64,000 nucleotides of DNA from positions 17,856,001-17,920,000 of the forward strand of contig OZ024745.1 in the NCBI GenBank assembly GCA_964016885.1, read 5' to 3'. This stretch comes from Eledone cirrhosa. Lineage: Eukaryota. This document shows positions 40,402-54,108 of this stretch, in pieces (the stretch's first letter is position 1; each line of letters opens with the position of its first letter). Below the pieces are notes generated by a model. That model saw only the letters and a list, made by a program, of their open reading frames with translations, did not search any database and was not told the origin of the DNA. Both the position numbers and the translations under genes were made by a program.

Positions 40402-40423
40402 TGTATCGATAGATAAATATTTA

Positions 40424-40805
40424 GATTTATTTATTTGCCACAAGGGCGCACAAGAAAAGGGACAATACAAAGACACATGCCGGGGATTTTATATAGAGTC
40501 GTGTAAAAATATTATTTGGCAGTATCGATAGAGGGTCGGACGCCATGATTTACAGCATAGTTACATCCCTTTACGATCTGAGTTCAAATCCCGCCGAGGT
40601 TGACTTTGCCTTTCATCGTTACGGGGTCGATAAAATAAAGTACCAGTAATGCACTGGGTAATTGCTCTGGCCTTGTGCCTAAAGTAGAAACAATTATTTA
40701 AATAAATTTAACAATCGAAATCACCAATAGGGGGGGAGGCGTTACAATTGGGTTGTTTAATACCGCGTCGATAGAACAATCCTCAACTTCAGTAGCGTGT
40801 TGCGG
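40424..40805 (-). mobile_element. Tx1-family 3' UTR fragment, split by a SINE
   Basis: Colinear with 62346-62545 on both sides of the SINE at 40517-40692. Confidence 0.85.
40517..40692 (+). mobile_element. tRNA-derived SINE, full length
   Basis: A and B boxes, central domain and tail; TSD ATTATT. Confidence 0.9.
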
Positions 40806-40927
40806 ATAGTTCCACAACAAATTAGCAAACCATACTCGAGAGTACGCGTTAAAGCTAGTAGATTTTCAACCCGTAAAAAAGCTGTGCTGAAATATTACCT
40901 GCCGGTTACATATATATGTATATAAAC

Positions 40928-41360
40928 TAGACCTGAAAAATGTGCAAGCTCAAAAGAGCCACAGAATGTTATAATAAACTTTCAAAAGTGTGTGGGTCTA
41001 GAGTTGTTGCTCAAACATATTGTAATCATTATCTATCGTACACTCTGTGGCATCCTTTTATAAAAAGGAGACTCATAACGAACTCAAGTCGACACGATAA
41101 TTATTTAATGTCTCATATTAGATGTTTAGTAATGAGTAATACGAAATGCACTTAAACCGAATTCTATATTATAAATTCACTTAAATAATTATCTAGTCGT
41201 CTTCAGTTCGTTATGAATTTCTTTTTTATAAAAGAATGCCACAGAGTGTACGCTAGATAATGATTACAATATTTTGGAGCAACAACTCTAGTCCCACACT
41301 TTTGAAAGTTTATTATAACATTCTGTGGCTCTTTTGAGCTTGCGCATTTTTCAGGTCTAA
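40928..41360. repeat. Inverted repeat, ~175-bp diverged arms (fold-back element)
   Basis: About 40928-41108 is the reverse complement of about 41182-41359. Confidence 0.85.
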
Positions 41361-41882
41361 TTTAATATTTTTTAAGGCAACGTTTGTAATAACGCTAGTT
41401 AAACATGATATATATTAATAATAAATTATCGTTGTAATGTAATTAGATTATATAATTGTTATTTTATAAATGATCTTATAAATATTATTGTAAGATGTAT
41501 AAAAATATTTTCAGACTTTCAATAGTTAATATAAATTTTAAAAATCATATATAAATTAACAATATAACTTACCAAAACTAGAAAAATATTTTGATGATAA
41601 AACGACGAAATACTGGAGGAAGATTCGAAAGCGAAACGATAAATAAACGTGGAAACAAAGTGGCGGATGCTTTTGAGCAACAATTACTCTCGTTAGTTGA
41701 TTAGCCAATAAGACGATGAAATTAGCCAATACGACGATACATTACAAAAGATGTTTGGGAAGCATCACCACGGCCAGCGATACCCTTAATATTTTTATTC
41801 ACAAGCTACGCATGTATGTCGCACATCAATCATCACAAGACACGCAGACTTAAAACATTCTGCTGTTAGTCACTGCGTGTCT

Positions 41883-42355
<473 letters not shown>

Positions 42356-42592
42356 GTATGTTAGATTGTATGATCTATGTATGCTGCAATTTCTGCTGGC
42401 ATTATTAATATGTGCGTAAGATATCCTATTTAATAATTGCAATTGGTGAATCGTTCGATATAGTAACACATGCTGAAACAATAGAAAATACTAAAGAGAA
42501 CTTTAAATATTTTAGAAAAAAATCTGAGAAATATGTACAAATTAATCAATACACATTCAGGGGTTATGCGTACAGGATAAAAAAAGCATATG

Positions 42593-42670
<78 letters not shown>

Positions 42671-42810
42671 CACACGCAAGCAACCATATATTGTGCTATG
42701 TATTGTATTTTGCTATTCTTTGCAAATACAAACCTCTTCTTTTCAAACTACATCTGTTTTCGTTTTGCTAGTTCCTTACAGTTATTTTCTTTTCTTTCCT
42801 TCTTTGATCA

Positions 42811-42881
<71 letters not shown>

Positions 42882-43586
42882 CCGTCCATTTACAAACTTA
42901 TTTCTTTTCAGTGTAGAAACATCAGTAATTTTCCCATGACAAAAATTAAATAAAAGCATGGAAACAAAAATAGAAATTATAAAGAATCCAACAAATATAT
43001 GTACAGGATATGAATCCCTTTTTTAAACGTTTTCATTCTCATTGTTTTATCTCTACAATTGTATGTATTTATGTTCTATGTTTTAACGCAATATATTACA
43101 AAAAGCGCGCGCGCGCATTTGTATGTATGCAGCTCCATGTGTTCGCGTAAATATTTGCTTATATTTCCTCACATTCCATAACATTGAAATGATATCCAGC
43201 TCATTGAAATGATATTCAATATCCAAATATCCAAATTTACAGCCAAAACAAAGACATTCCAGAACAAACATTATGTGATGGTACATATCCAGGCATTGGG
43301 CTAGTGATTCGGTCAATTTATTTAATTCCAGGAATCATTCACGATAGTGAATGTCTAAAATAGTTATTCTGTGCCTTGCTGCACCACAGCAGTGTTACAA
43401 ACATGTAGGATATGCAACGGTGTGCATCGTCAGATTGCTATTTCCCAGTCTCTGGTGATGTGACTGTTCATACACTAAACCTGACAATCGAAACTATCCA
43501 TGATTATTCATAGAAGGGATTTGAAATCGTAGACAAGTCAGCTCATATATGTTGATTGTAATGGCAAGGTAGTATTAATCACCTGA

Positions 43587-43643
43587 AATAAAGTACCAGT
43601 AATGCACTGGGTAATTGCTGGCCTTGTGCCTAAAGTAGAAACA
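43587..43643 (+). mobile_element. 5'-truncated SINE with 16-bp target-site duplication
   Basis: AGTATTAATCACCTGA at 43571-43586 and 43644-43659 flanks the SINE 3' tail. Confidence 0.88.
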
Positions 43644-45881
43644 AGTATTAATCACCTGATCCATTCCTTTAATCTTCTTCAGATTTATGAATTATCTGAA
43701 GAATTGCCAAGTACACACATGCTGTCCTGTGCCGAGTCTGTCGGCAACGAGTTCTTCACTTCCGTTGATTTTCGTCCATTATAAATTCTTCTGTACGGCA
43801 GAGGAATTTATAATCTATCAGATTTAGGATTCCCGATTCGTTAAGTCTGGTCGCTTGAACCCTTCTGACATTTGTATGTAAAGCCGTTGATCCCTGATGC
43901 CATTCGCGTGGCATTGGGTCATAGAAAGTTATATGACAATCTGATGATAATTGTCAGTATATTCCAGCATCGTGTTTACGTCTAACTTTACCTTCATGTA
44001 TTTGGGGCAGTGTTTATCATCTTATCCTCGGATCATTTGAATTTCTGCAAACACATAGTCGCATAAACAGAGTGGTTGTAGTAGCGCCTACAATGCTAGA
44101 GAATGTCCTGCTTAAGGCGGGTAGTAGAAGTTTAGTAAGATCCAGTGGCTTTTCCCTATCTACATAGAGTTTGTACGCTAATCAGGCATGCGCATGTTTA
44201 GTATGGAAGACCAGTAATTCTTAATGATGCGAGTATTCTCTTTCTAACCAACAGATATTATACAAGAAAAGAGATTTTACTGCTTGGTACTGAAGTTGTT
44301 GCTGGAACTGCCAGAATGAAGTTAGGATCAGCCTCGAACTAGTTTAGGGACTCCAGCTACTGATTTGCCTGGGTAACGTAAATATTGCAGAATATGTACA
44401 TAAGCATGTGTTTATGTTATAATATCTGGTGTTATGTTTAAAGTAGTTTAAATATGACTGGTTACATATCACATACAAGAAATTCCAGAAGCGTGTTGAG
44501 TTCTGTCAGCTGTTCAAAACTTATGAATCATTGTTTATTTATTTTAGTCTACATGTATCAAATGCCATATGTTCTTCATTAATATTCATTTCTATTTTCG
44601 GATTTCATTCTACATATTATATAATCAAAAATGCTCAACATATTTCCCATGCAATTTTACATATTTACATCATTGTGCATATTTACAGACATACAATATT
44701 TGGACAATATTATTTCGCATAGAATTTTGTATAAAATTCATTTAAACATGAAATTGATTACACACTTAAATGAATTTAAATAATTATATATATATAACTT
44801 AAAGCTAGTTGGAAGATTCAACTTGAAGAATGACAGTTATAAACGACTTTAATTTATGTTAATAGTTCCACTACACCTATATGGCCATGTTTTCTTATTC
44901 AATAATATATTTCCATTCCTTAATATTATTCAGATGTAACACACTTGAAATAATTCTTGCAGTGAATCACTTGAGCTATTGCAAATTAATATATTGGAAC
45001 ATAGGCAACGGTACATTTTCAAAGTTAAAATGAATAATTTTATCCTTTTACATTGTATTTTTTAAGATATAGTCTAATCGTTATTGCTTCATATATTAAA
45101 ACCAATTCTATCCTTATTTGACCAGGAGATATAAAATAGTGATTGAATTATAAGTGGGTACAAAATCGATACTGTATACTTGCATGTAATACCCAATCAT
45201 TAAAATGATGTCTATGCTGCCTATTATATACACTATAAATTTTCAAATTGGTTTCTCAGGAAACTTTGATGTGTCAACAGCTGCATGTAACTGTGTACTA
45301 TTACATAGCTCTAATGATACGTACTAATACGGATTTAGCTCGAATGAACACTTGAAAAGCGCAAACTGCCATCTTGAGTATTCAGTTTGATTTGAAACAC
45401 TGTTTAATTGTTGGTGCTATGCCAACATCTTAAACAGCTCGATATATCGATCAGTTGAGTGTACAATCAACTACCGAGGCATTTTATGACTTATATTTAC
45501 TATGGAAATATTTGCTTCCGTCATTCTCCCAATGAATATGTATGAAACATTCTCCTCATGGTGCGAACGCCAGAGCAAAAAGCAAATATAACTTTCCATT
45601 TATGATATGATATATTTGGTGATTTGAACTAACAACTGCTGTGTGAAATGCAAATAGATATATATATACTGACTTACATACATATAGGAAACCATAAATA
45701 TATAAGTAGACAGTAATAGAGAGGGAGACGTGAATAGATAGACACATGGATAGGTAGGTATATGCAAAATATACTAAACTGGCAATACACAGCTGTGCAT
45801 ATATCTATTTATGAGCAGATACATATATCCTTGCATGAACGTGTGTATGAATGCCTTGCATGAGCGTGTGTATATATATAG

Positions 45882-46385
45882 AGAATGAGAAAATGCGTCG
45901 TAGTTTCAGATGTTAAAGTCCTTTATTTGTAATGCTCTGATACATATTTCAATGACAACAGTGCCCACACGATTCTGTGTACCCAGTGCTGTGACATCAT
46001 CAGACAGCTTCTTATATAATAAGGATACGTTCCCAAGGCAATCTAAACAGAGACGACAAGGCGTGTGTTCTTGAATCCCCTCAGGGGAATGAGCAGGCGA
46101 TTCAAGATCACACGCCTTGTCCGTTCCCTTGTCGTTTCTGTTTGGATTGCCTTGCGAACGTAACATTATTATATAAGAAGCTATCTGATGATGTCACAGG
46201 ACTGGGTACACAGATTCGTGTGGCTACGGTCGTCATTAAAATGTGTATCACAGCATTACCAATAAAGGACTTTAACATCTGAAACTACTTCGCATTTTCT
46301 CATTCTAAATACACTCCGTTTTTCCTATGTGGAAAAAATGCGTCGAGTGCTTGATGTGAATTGCGTCAACATTTACCGTAAGGTA
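45882..46385 (+). mobile_element. Fold-back element (~140-bp arms, ~140-bp spacer), HHR in each arm
   Basis: 45882-46023 is the reverse complement of 46166-46307; tail runs to TA repeats at about 46385. Confidence 0.82.
45934..46008 (-). ncRNA. Type I hammerhead (left arm; right-arm copy 46180-46254 has GAAA>AAAA)
   Basis: GCTGT-CTGATGA-TGtCA..TGtCAtt-GAAA-TATGTA-TC-A(G/C)AGC. Confidence 0.68.
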
Positions 46386-46659
46386 TATATATATGTGTGT
46401 GTGGGGGGGGGGGGTGTATGTGTGTATTATATATATATATGTTTACACACACACACAGACATATATATATATATATAGGATTATCGTGGATGCAGTAATG
46501 GTTAATTACTACACTGGATAGAGTTGACGTACGGTGAGAGGTTACTCAACGAGATATGGAAGAATAGTTGAAGAAACTCCTGATCCTTCTGTATTCCGGA
46601 GTGTAGATAAAGAATGTATAATAACAGGTAGACATCATAAAAAGGTAATTTATTCCGTG

Positions 46660-46771
46660 TGCTTACAAATGTTTCCACGGTGGTTATACAGCCTAGTTAT
46701 GCTATTTGCAAATTTATAACTATTTGCAAAACTCAATTATCAAATGCTATGACCACTGTATCATCAGAGCA
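46660..46771 (-). ncRNA. Type I hammerhead with ~85-nt helix II region
   Basis: TGCT-CTGATGA-TACaGTGGT...ACCACcGTG-GAAA-CATTTG-TA-AGCA. Confidence 0.72.
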
Positions 46772-47324
46772 GAATGGTTAAAATGTAAAATGTAAATACC
46801 CTTAAGTGAGGTTATTGGGGAAGATAGAGTAGAAAAGGAAGAGAGAAAAGAAAGGGAGAGGGAGAGAGAGAGAGAGAGAGAGAGATGCAGGGGTTGGAGA
46901 AATGGGAGAGAGTGGTTTGTAGATATCTTAATCAAAATGTTGTGGTAGGGGTTTTATTATACTGGTTACTCTTAAAGCGACCACCTTAAGCGATGCGTTG
47001 ATAGTCAAGGTTGGAATTATTTATTGCCACAGAGGACAGGTTCATAGATGTGGAGAGGGAGGGAGGTGAACCTAGGGCGAGAGAGAGAGAGAGAGAGATA
47101 GAGAGAGGGGAATTGAGAGAGAAGGAGAGATAGAGAGTGGACAGACGAAAGCTATGGGATGGGTGTATATTGAGTTCATAGTAGTAGGCTACAAATTGCA
47201 CTAAGTTTCCATTTATACTGATAAGCAGGGTATTGTCTTGTAGTGTGGGGGAAGAGAAAGTGTTTATCTAGAAAGCAATGTTATAGTTATGGGTTCGAAT
47301 GTTAAATTATTTTATAGTTAGAGA

Positions 47325-48883
47325 ATTTAGCCTTAAGTTTGTGGTTGCAGTATAATGATCATTCGATTCTATCATTTAGTAATTTACTTTTGAATTTTAA
47401 GAAGTGAAAGATTTCAAGGTTATTAACCTACAGTACTTCAATCAACTCCGATATGCACTAGGGCTCGAAAGTATATCCCATTTCAAGGTGAACTGTTGGT
47501 TGTGTTCACGGAGTTGCCAGGTCTTGTTGGGGAGAGTGGTCACAAAACGGTAATTAGGATGTTTAATTGAGAATCGATGACGATACCAGCGAGATTTAAA
47601 GGAGGTAGTGGTAGACCTGATGTAATACCATTTCTGGTCGTTCGATTCAACAGTGCATTGGTAAACAATGTTGGACTTTAGGCATTTATTCTTCAATGGA
47701 CATCTTTCAGGTAGGTGGCAGTTACAGTTTTTGTTGTGGGTAGCGAGTATACCATGGATAGGTTGGGATAGCAGTACAGGTGGGTTGTGTAATACCCGTC
47801 TCCCATTTAGCGGTTGGGAGGCCGATATTACCTTATGCACATCTGTTATTAAAATATTTTGTTTTGTAGTGTTGTTTAATTGCTTTAAGTTAAGTTTTTT
47901 TATGTATGCTTCAAGGTTTGGTGCCGTGGAGTATGATAGTTTAATAGTTTTAGAGTTCAGAATTTTACTGTATTTATGGGAACTAGGGAAATGCTTGTTG
48001 ATTAACTTAAAGAATGAAAGAGATAGTTTTGTACTAATCGAAACATTAAAAATGGGATTATACCAGATATACTTTCTACAACGTGATTTATTTGGTGATG
48101 ATTTTCTATTATTAGTTTGTCTGGTGGTACTGCATGTGTGCGCTTGTATTTCAGTACCCCGGTTACGTATTCTTTGATTTCGTGTAGGGATATATGTGTT
48201 ATGGAGATTCTTATCAATGTATTCTATTGTATCCCGGTGGTCGGCATTCCTTAATGCATTATTATAGTATTCAGCATGTTCACTGAAAATCTCAGAGTCA
48301 GACGATAGGCGAGAGATTCTAAGAGAAATACTACGGGGAACCAATTTGATCATGGAAAGTGGGTGGTTTGAGTTAAAATTGATATAGGTAAGGTTCTCAT
48401 TTATCTTGTGGAAGGGTCGTATCAGTCCCGTATTTAAATTAAGAGTTACGTCTAGAAATTTTACTACTTTAAGATTGTATTCGTACGTTATTTTTAGACC
48501 CAGTTCACTAAAAGATTTTCTAATGTTTTTCCGTAGCCTTTCAAGATTTTGGTTATTTAATTTATTAACTAATAAGAGCCCGTCATCTCTATATTTTCCC
48601 CCCTGTATATTACTAAATTTACCATGTAATATGTGGGCTATGTAAAATCCCACAAAATCGGTGACCTCCGCTGAGTCGTTGGAGCCCATGGTAATGTCAA
48701 AGTTTGTGGGTCTGTCCTTACATCCCAGTAGCAGTTATCAAACTTGATAATAGTTTTTCTAGCCTCTAGAATAATATTAATTTCGTCCTCCGTTAGGTCG
48801 GAATTGACTTTAGCAAACGATAGGGCCTTCCGTAAAGTGCCGGGTGAGATTGAAGAGTAGTATTCGTCTATGTCAAATTCATC
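47325..48883 (-). pseudogene. Naiad-like RT + GIY-YIG ORF remnant
   Basis: FDIDEYYSSI, MGSNDSAEVTDFVG, KYRDDGL, KFLDVTLNL, SNHP, KYIWYNP, CNCHLPERCPLKNKCLKSNIVY, YIRST..FKSRW..H, LKWDIL, then frameshifted YCRL..LLNDR..CNH. Confidence 0.88.
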
Positions 48884-48917
48884 TATATATATATATATAG
48901 ACACACACACACGCACA

Positions 48918-48976
<59 letters not shown>

Positions 48977-48979
<3 letters not shown>

Positions 48980-50749
48980 AATATAAATCGGCTTAGGAAT
49001 TAACGAAAAATAACTTCCGAGATGTGTGGCAAGCGCTCAATGATTCAGATGAACCAGAGCTACAACATACGTTAAAGGCCAAACACACTGAGACGAGGGT
49101 TAAACAATCATCCGCACAGCCATAAAAACGACCAAGTAATTCGGGTCAAACAAATAAAAATATATGTGATTGAAAATTTACCCGGAACCCTGGATGGTTG
49201 GTAAAATCCAGCATTCGGGTTTCTGCGACTCCTAAATCAAGTACTGTCCGCTTACACAAATAATTGTTTCTACTTTAGGCACAAGGCCAGCAATTACCCA
49301 GTGCGTTACTGGTACTTTATTTCATCGACCCCGTAAGGATGAAAGGCAAAGTCAACCTTGGCGGGATTTGAACTCAGATCGTAAAGGGACGTAACTATGC
49401 TGGAAAGCATGGCGTCCGACCCTCTACCGATACTGCCAATCCCTTACACAAATAATGTTAGGCTTCTGGTAAGGTGATTGAACAAAGAAGCCACTTTTTC
49501 AACAAGTTTTAGTTCGAATGCTAATTTAAGGAATGACCATTACCGACCCCACGTGGGACTCGGCAAAGGAGGCAACCCTTATTTTAGGCGGGTGAATTCA
49601 GTATGTGTATAAAATTGCAAGAATGCAAAACATCACAAAACGAATAAAGCTCTCAACAGAATGGTTATAAGCTAACATAAGCTATTCATCAGTCAATAGA
49701 ATCAACTAAAAAAATCAAGAAAATTAACTGGTCAATAGCTAGACCCAGGAGATTAAAACAAATATAAATTAGCGAGAATCGTATTTCGGCTTAGGAATTA
49801 ACGAAAAACAACTTCCGAGATGTGTAGCAAGCGCTCAATGATTCAGATGAACCAGAGCTACAACATACGTTAAAGGCCAAACACACTGAGACGATGGTTA
49901 AACAATCATCCGCACAGTCATAAAAACGACCAAGTAATTCGGGTCAAACAAATAAAAATATGTGATTGAAAATTTACCCGGACCCCTGGATGGTTGGTAA
50001 AATCCAGCATTTGTGTTTGGCGACTCCTAAATCAAGTACTGTCCGCTTACACAAATAATGTTAGGCATCTGGTAAGATGATTGAACAAGGAAGCCACTTT
50101 TTAAACAGATTTTAGTTCGAATGCTAATTTAGGAAATGACCGTTCCCGACCCCACGTGGGACTCGGCAAAGGAGGCAACCCTTATTTTAGTCGGGTGAAT
50201 TCAGTATGTGTATAAAATTGCAAGAATGCAAAACATCACAAAACGAATAAAGCTCTCAACAGAATGATTATAAGCTAACATAAGCTATTCATCAGTCAAT
50301 AGAATCAACTAAAAAAATCAAGAAAATTAACTGGTCAATAGCTAGACTCAGGAGATTAATACAAATATAAATTAGCGAGAATCGTATTTCGGCTTAGGAA
50401 TTAACGAAAAATAACTTCCGAGATGTGTGGCAAGCGCTCAATGATTCAGATGAACCAGAGCTACAACATACGTTAAAGGCCAATCACACTGAGACGATGG
50501 TTAAACAATCATCCGCACAGTCATAAAAACGACCAAGTAATTCGGGTCAAACAAATAAATATATATGTGATTGAAAATTTACCTGGACCCCTGGATGGTT
50601 GGTAAAATCCAGCATTTGGGTTTGGCGACTCCTAAATCAAGTACTGTCCGCTTACACAAATAATGTTAGGCTTCTGGTAAGATGATTGAACAAGGAAGCC
50701 ACTTTTTCAACAGGTTTTAGTTCGAGTGCTAATTTAAGGAATGACCGTT
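48977..50749. repeat. Tandem array of a ~603-bp unit (2.6 copies)
   Basis: CGGCTTAGGAATTAACG at 48989, 49787 and 50390; unit 1 carries a SINE. Confidence 0.93.
49265..49442 (-). mobile_element. tRNA-derived SINE, full length, 14-bp TSD
   Basis: CTTACACAAATAAT at 49251-49264 and 49443-49456; the empty site is present in units 2 and 3. Confidence 0.93.
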
Positions 50750-51465
50750 ATATACATGTATATATGGTGGGGTGTGCTGTCTAGTACCGCCAGCTCATCT
50801 TTGATCGAGCAGTTCTAAGAAAAACAAATCTTTTGTTTATCTTTATACCAAGTATGTGCCTACTTGAACGTAAAACGGCACATACTGAGACGGGGAACGA
50901 ATCGTATGCGGAGCATCTGGTCAAATCAAGTGTATAATTTCTACCATCCTCTCCAGTTGAATTACCGGTAACGTTCATTGTAAGATGATCAGAGAACATC
51001 GTGTGCTATTCTTTACATATAAAATGTGTCCATTACAGTTCAGTGTCTCGTGCAAATGATTTATTTTTGTGTATGTGTTTCTTGGGGAGTGTTTGATGGT
51101 AAATATAATGTTTTTACTGCCTAATATCATTTGTTCTTTTACGTCATGTGGTATGCTACATTAATTTAACGGTACTTTGTTTACGATTTGAGTTTACATG
51201 CGGCGTTATGTAGAGTGTTGTCTATATATACAGCGATGAAACATAGGTCGTTCAGTTTCGTGATTTGTATTTTATTATGATATGTAAAGAGGCAGAGGAG
51301 CGAGCTTATACTGTGTACCACGTTGTTGTTTCCTTCTGTTTGCCAAATATTGTACCTTTCAATTTTCTAAATTTGATTTTGAACTGTTCTTCTTTCATTA
51401 GCTTTAATTTCTGTTGTCAATATTGTAGAATTGTGGTAAATATTTCACAGCATGAAAATAAGGGT

Positions 51466-51590
51466 GAAGGTGCGTGGCTGAGTGGATTCGTAATCGTGAG
51501 GTTGTGAGTTCGATTCCCAGACATGGCGATGCATTATGTCCTTGAACAAAACAATTTATTTCACGTTGCTCCTTCTACCTAGAGTTGCAA
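51466..51590 (+). mobile_element. Second tRNA-SINE family (CORE-like), 5' part
   Basis: GGTGCGTGGCTGAGTGG A box, GAGTTCGATTCCC B box, TGTCCTTGAACAAAACA.TTTATTTCACGTTGCTCC. A possible 3' part of the same family lies at about 31900-32035. Confidence 0.65.
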
Positions 51591-53123
51591 CTGATAGAGA
51601 ACATTAGCAATTGGAAAGACAAAGGGAAACATTGTTACCTCGGTCCGATTTGACGAAAGTCGATCGACTGTCGATTTCACAGCATTCATGTGTTCTCTTT
51701 TCGATATGTTTATGTTGTTGCGTACAATATACATTTATATTTGAATTAGGAGAATGTAACTGTGACGTCATCCATGTAAAATTTTATCTTTTGACCAGTA
51801 GCATCACGCTTGCATATGTACATGTTGAAATGAGTTCAGTTTCCAATTGTTAACTTAAAAGTTTATAAAGCACTTTGGTTTTTAATCCCACATCGATTTA
51901 GCGCCGTAACAAGTGTCCTCTTTATGCTTATAGATTTGTTTAATATTGTGTGTTTAGGCAAATATAAACAAAGTGCGAGAGAATTTCTGCTGATGCCAAT
52001 TGAAGATAGAGTGATACATGTGAGAGTGTGTTTCTGTGCTGCGTTTGTCAGTAGTATGGTGTTTGATTGGAATAGTTTGAAAACGTTATCTAACCGGGTT
52101 TCAGCAGTAAACAAACTGAATTATAACTTTCGAATAACGATTACTTCATATTTAAGACTATTGTTACTACATACAAGTTTATATGCGGTGCGGAACATAT
52201 ACACAATTATTTTCAGTGTAACAATATTTTGTAATGTCGATGTATTAACATACATTTCAATATTTTATGTTGAGGAAAATTGCAGTTCTAGATAATTTCA
52301 TATTTGAAAAAATATAATCCAATTATTCAGATTAAGCTCCTCTATTTATATACTTCTATCTTATTTTCTTTCATTCCTTTTCTTCATTTGTTTTTTGCAG
52401 TAATGTTCTGAGGAATATCAGGTGTTTCGTTTAAAAATACACGTTTTCTTAATAGAATAAACAGTTTTGTCTTTCTCGTTAAAAATATTGAAATGTTTTC
52501 TTTAATCATTTTTTCTAACATTGCCTGAAAGCTGTGTCATATTTGCAATGTAAATATAGACAAAAAGTAATTTGCTTCCTTATATCTTAAACGATTATCT
52601 TTGTTTTTACACAAACGTTTCCTTGTGTTTATATTGCTGAATTATAAAATAAATCAAAATGTACGAGCATTTTGATTTGAAATCTACATTTTTCCATGTA
52701 AAACACAATAAAACTAGGTCCTTAATAAAAATCTAAAGTTCTTGAAATCAAGTGATGAAAGGTAAGCCAATTTCAATACTCACGGCACTCGGGAGTTATT
52801 AATTCCTTTGTTCTCTTGATCATAATAATGAACCATCATTGTTCTGTGCATTGTTTAAAATAATAGCACTAATTCCATGAACTTGAATCAAAATAACAAA
52901 TCAATAAAATTCAAAATAGTAACTCCCAATAGCAGAAAAGAAGAAAAATAATATGAGGCATCTCTGGGTCCGTATTGATTCATTTGCCTTTTGATAGATG
53001 TTTGATATTGATTTATCAGTATATGTAAAACATTATTAAATAGGTAACAAGATCCATGTTTGCACAAATACACATTACACATATAACATGACAGACACTG
53101 AACCCAAACATAAACATAAGCAT

Positions 53124-53216
<93 letters not shown>

Positions 53217-53218
<2 letters not shown>

Positions 53219-53252
53219 CGAGCAGAATGGCCCGGCGTTGCTCGAGATTTGC
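53217..53252 (-). mobile_element. Helitron-like 3' terminus (hairpin plus decayed CTAG)
   Basis: Minus strand CTCG agcaacgc CGGG-ccattctg-CTCG|T. Confidence 0.4.
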
Positions 53253-53365
53253 TCTAGGGTCCTTATATATTTGATATCTATTTATCCTTTCGAGCCTCGT
53301 CAAATAAATGCGTTTGTTTATATGTTGTTACTGTGTATACAAAAATATCTGTATACGAATATATA

Positions 53366-53425
<60 letters not shown>

Positions 53426-53701
53426 ATAATAATAAATTTGAAGACTAAAATCCAACACACACACATGCTAACGGCGACATAACATTTACCGGTATATATA
53501 AACTTTTTATGCTATATAACATCTTACTGACTACATAGCCTTTTACCTGCTACATAGCTTTACACATAGTTGATGACGTGCTATGGGTCAGGAGTTGTTT
53601 AGTATCCCCATGAAAATTAACAGCCGAAAATGAAAATAATAATGTCGTTTAATTTTACGATTTAAAGAAAAGAATTGTCGCAAATTATTAGTTTATTTTT
53701 T

Positions 53702-54108
53702 AATGAAGTGTGTATTTGTGGTTATAAATCCCGCACGTTGTGTAATTGCTTTAAATTTTTTTGGATCTATTTATGTGAGTGTGTGTTTTTATGTGTTTGT
53801 AAATAAATCATTAAGTTTGAAGCAACTAAAAGTTAGAACGATTGAAAAACATTGTAACTCACATTTTTAAAAGATGCGCGTAGCTGCTAACGGTGAAAAA
53901 TGTGTAATGAAGTGTGTATTTGAGGTTATAAATCCCGCAAGTTGTTTAATTGCTTTAAATTTTTTTTATCAATTTATGTGAGTGTGTGTTTGTATGTGTT
54001 TGTAAATAAATCATTAACTTTGAAGCAACTAAAAGTTAGAACGATTTAAAAACATTGTAACTCACATTTTTAAAAGATGCGCGTAGCTGCTAACGGTGAA
54101 AAATGTGT
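53702..54108. repeat. Tandem duplication of a ~203-bp unit
   Basis: TAATGAAGTGTGTATTTG...CGGTGAAAAATGTG occurs twice. Confidence 0.92.

Larger units (their letters stand above)
46478..48883 (-). mobile_element. 5'-truncated Naiad-type Penelope-like element with 3' UTR/pLTR
   Basis: RT and GIY-YIG ORF, HHR in the same sense in the 3' UTR, (AT)n at both ends. Confidence 0.88.

Noticed and set aside
43300-44400. Decayed RTE RT on the minus strand (GKATG and LEYTDN-like bits)
   Set aside because: Plausible, but the evidence is two short motifs.
47325-47445. Selenocysteine read-through of TGA in the Naiad ORF
   Set aside because: The TGAs fall at non-Cys positions (YRS*LKYC, RIE*SLYC) and accompany frameshifts, so they look like decay.
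49540-49595. HDV-like ribozyme in the 603-bp unit
   Set aside because: A GC hairpin and CCUCC are present, but I could not assemble the nested double pseudoknot, and the HDV-like words differ between units.
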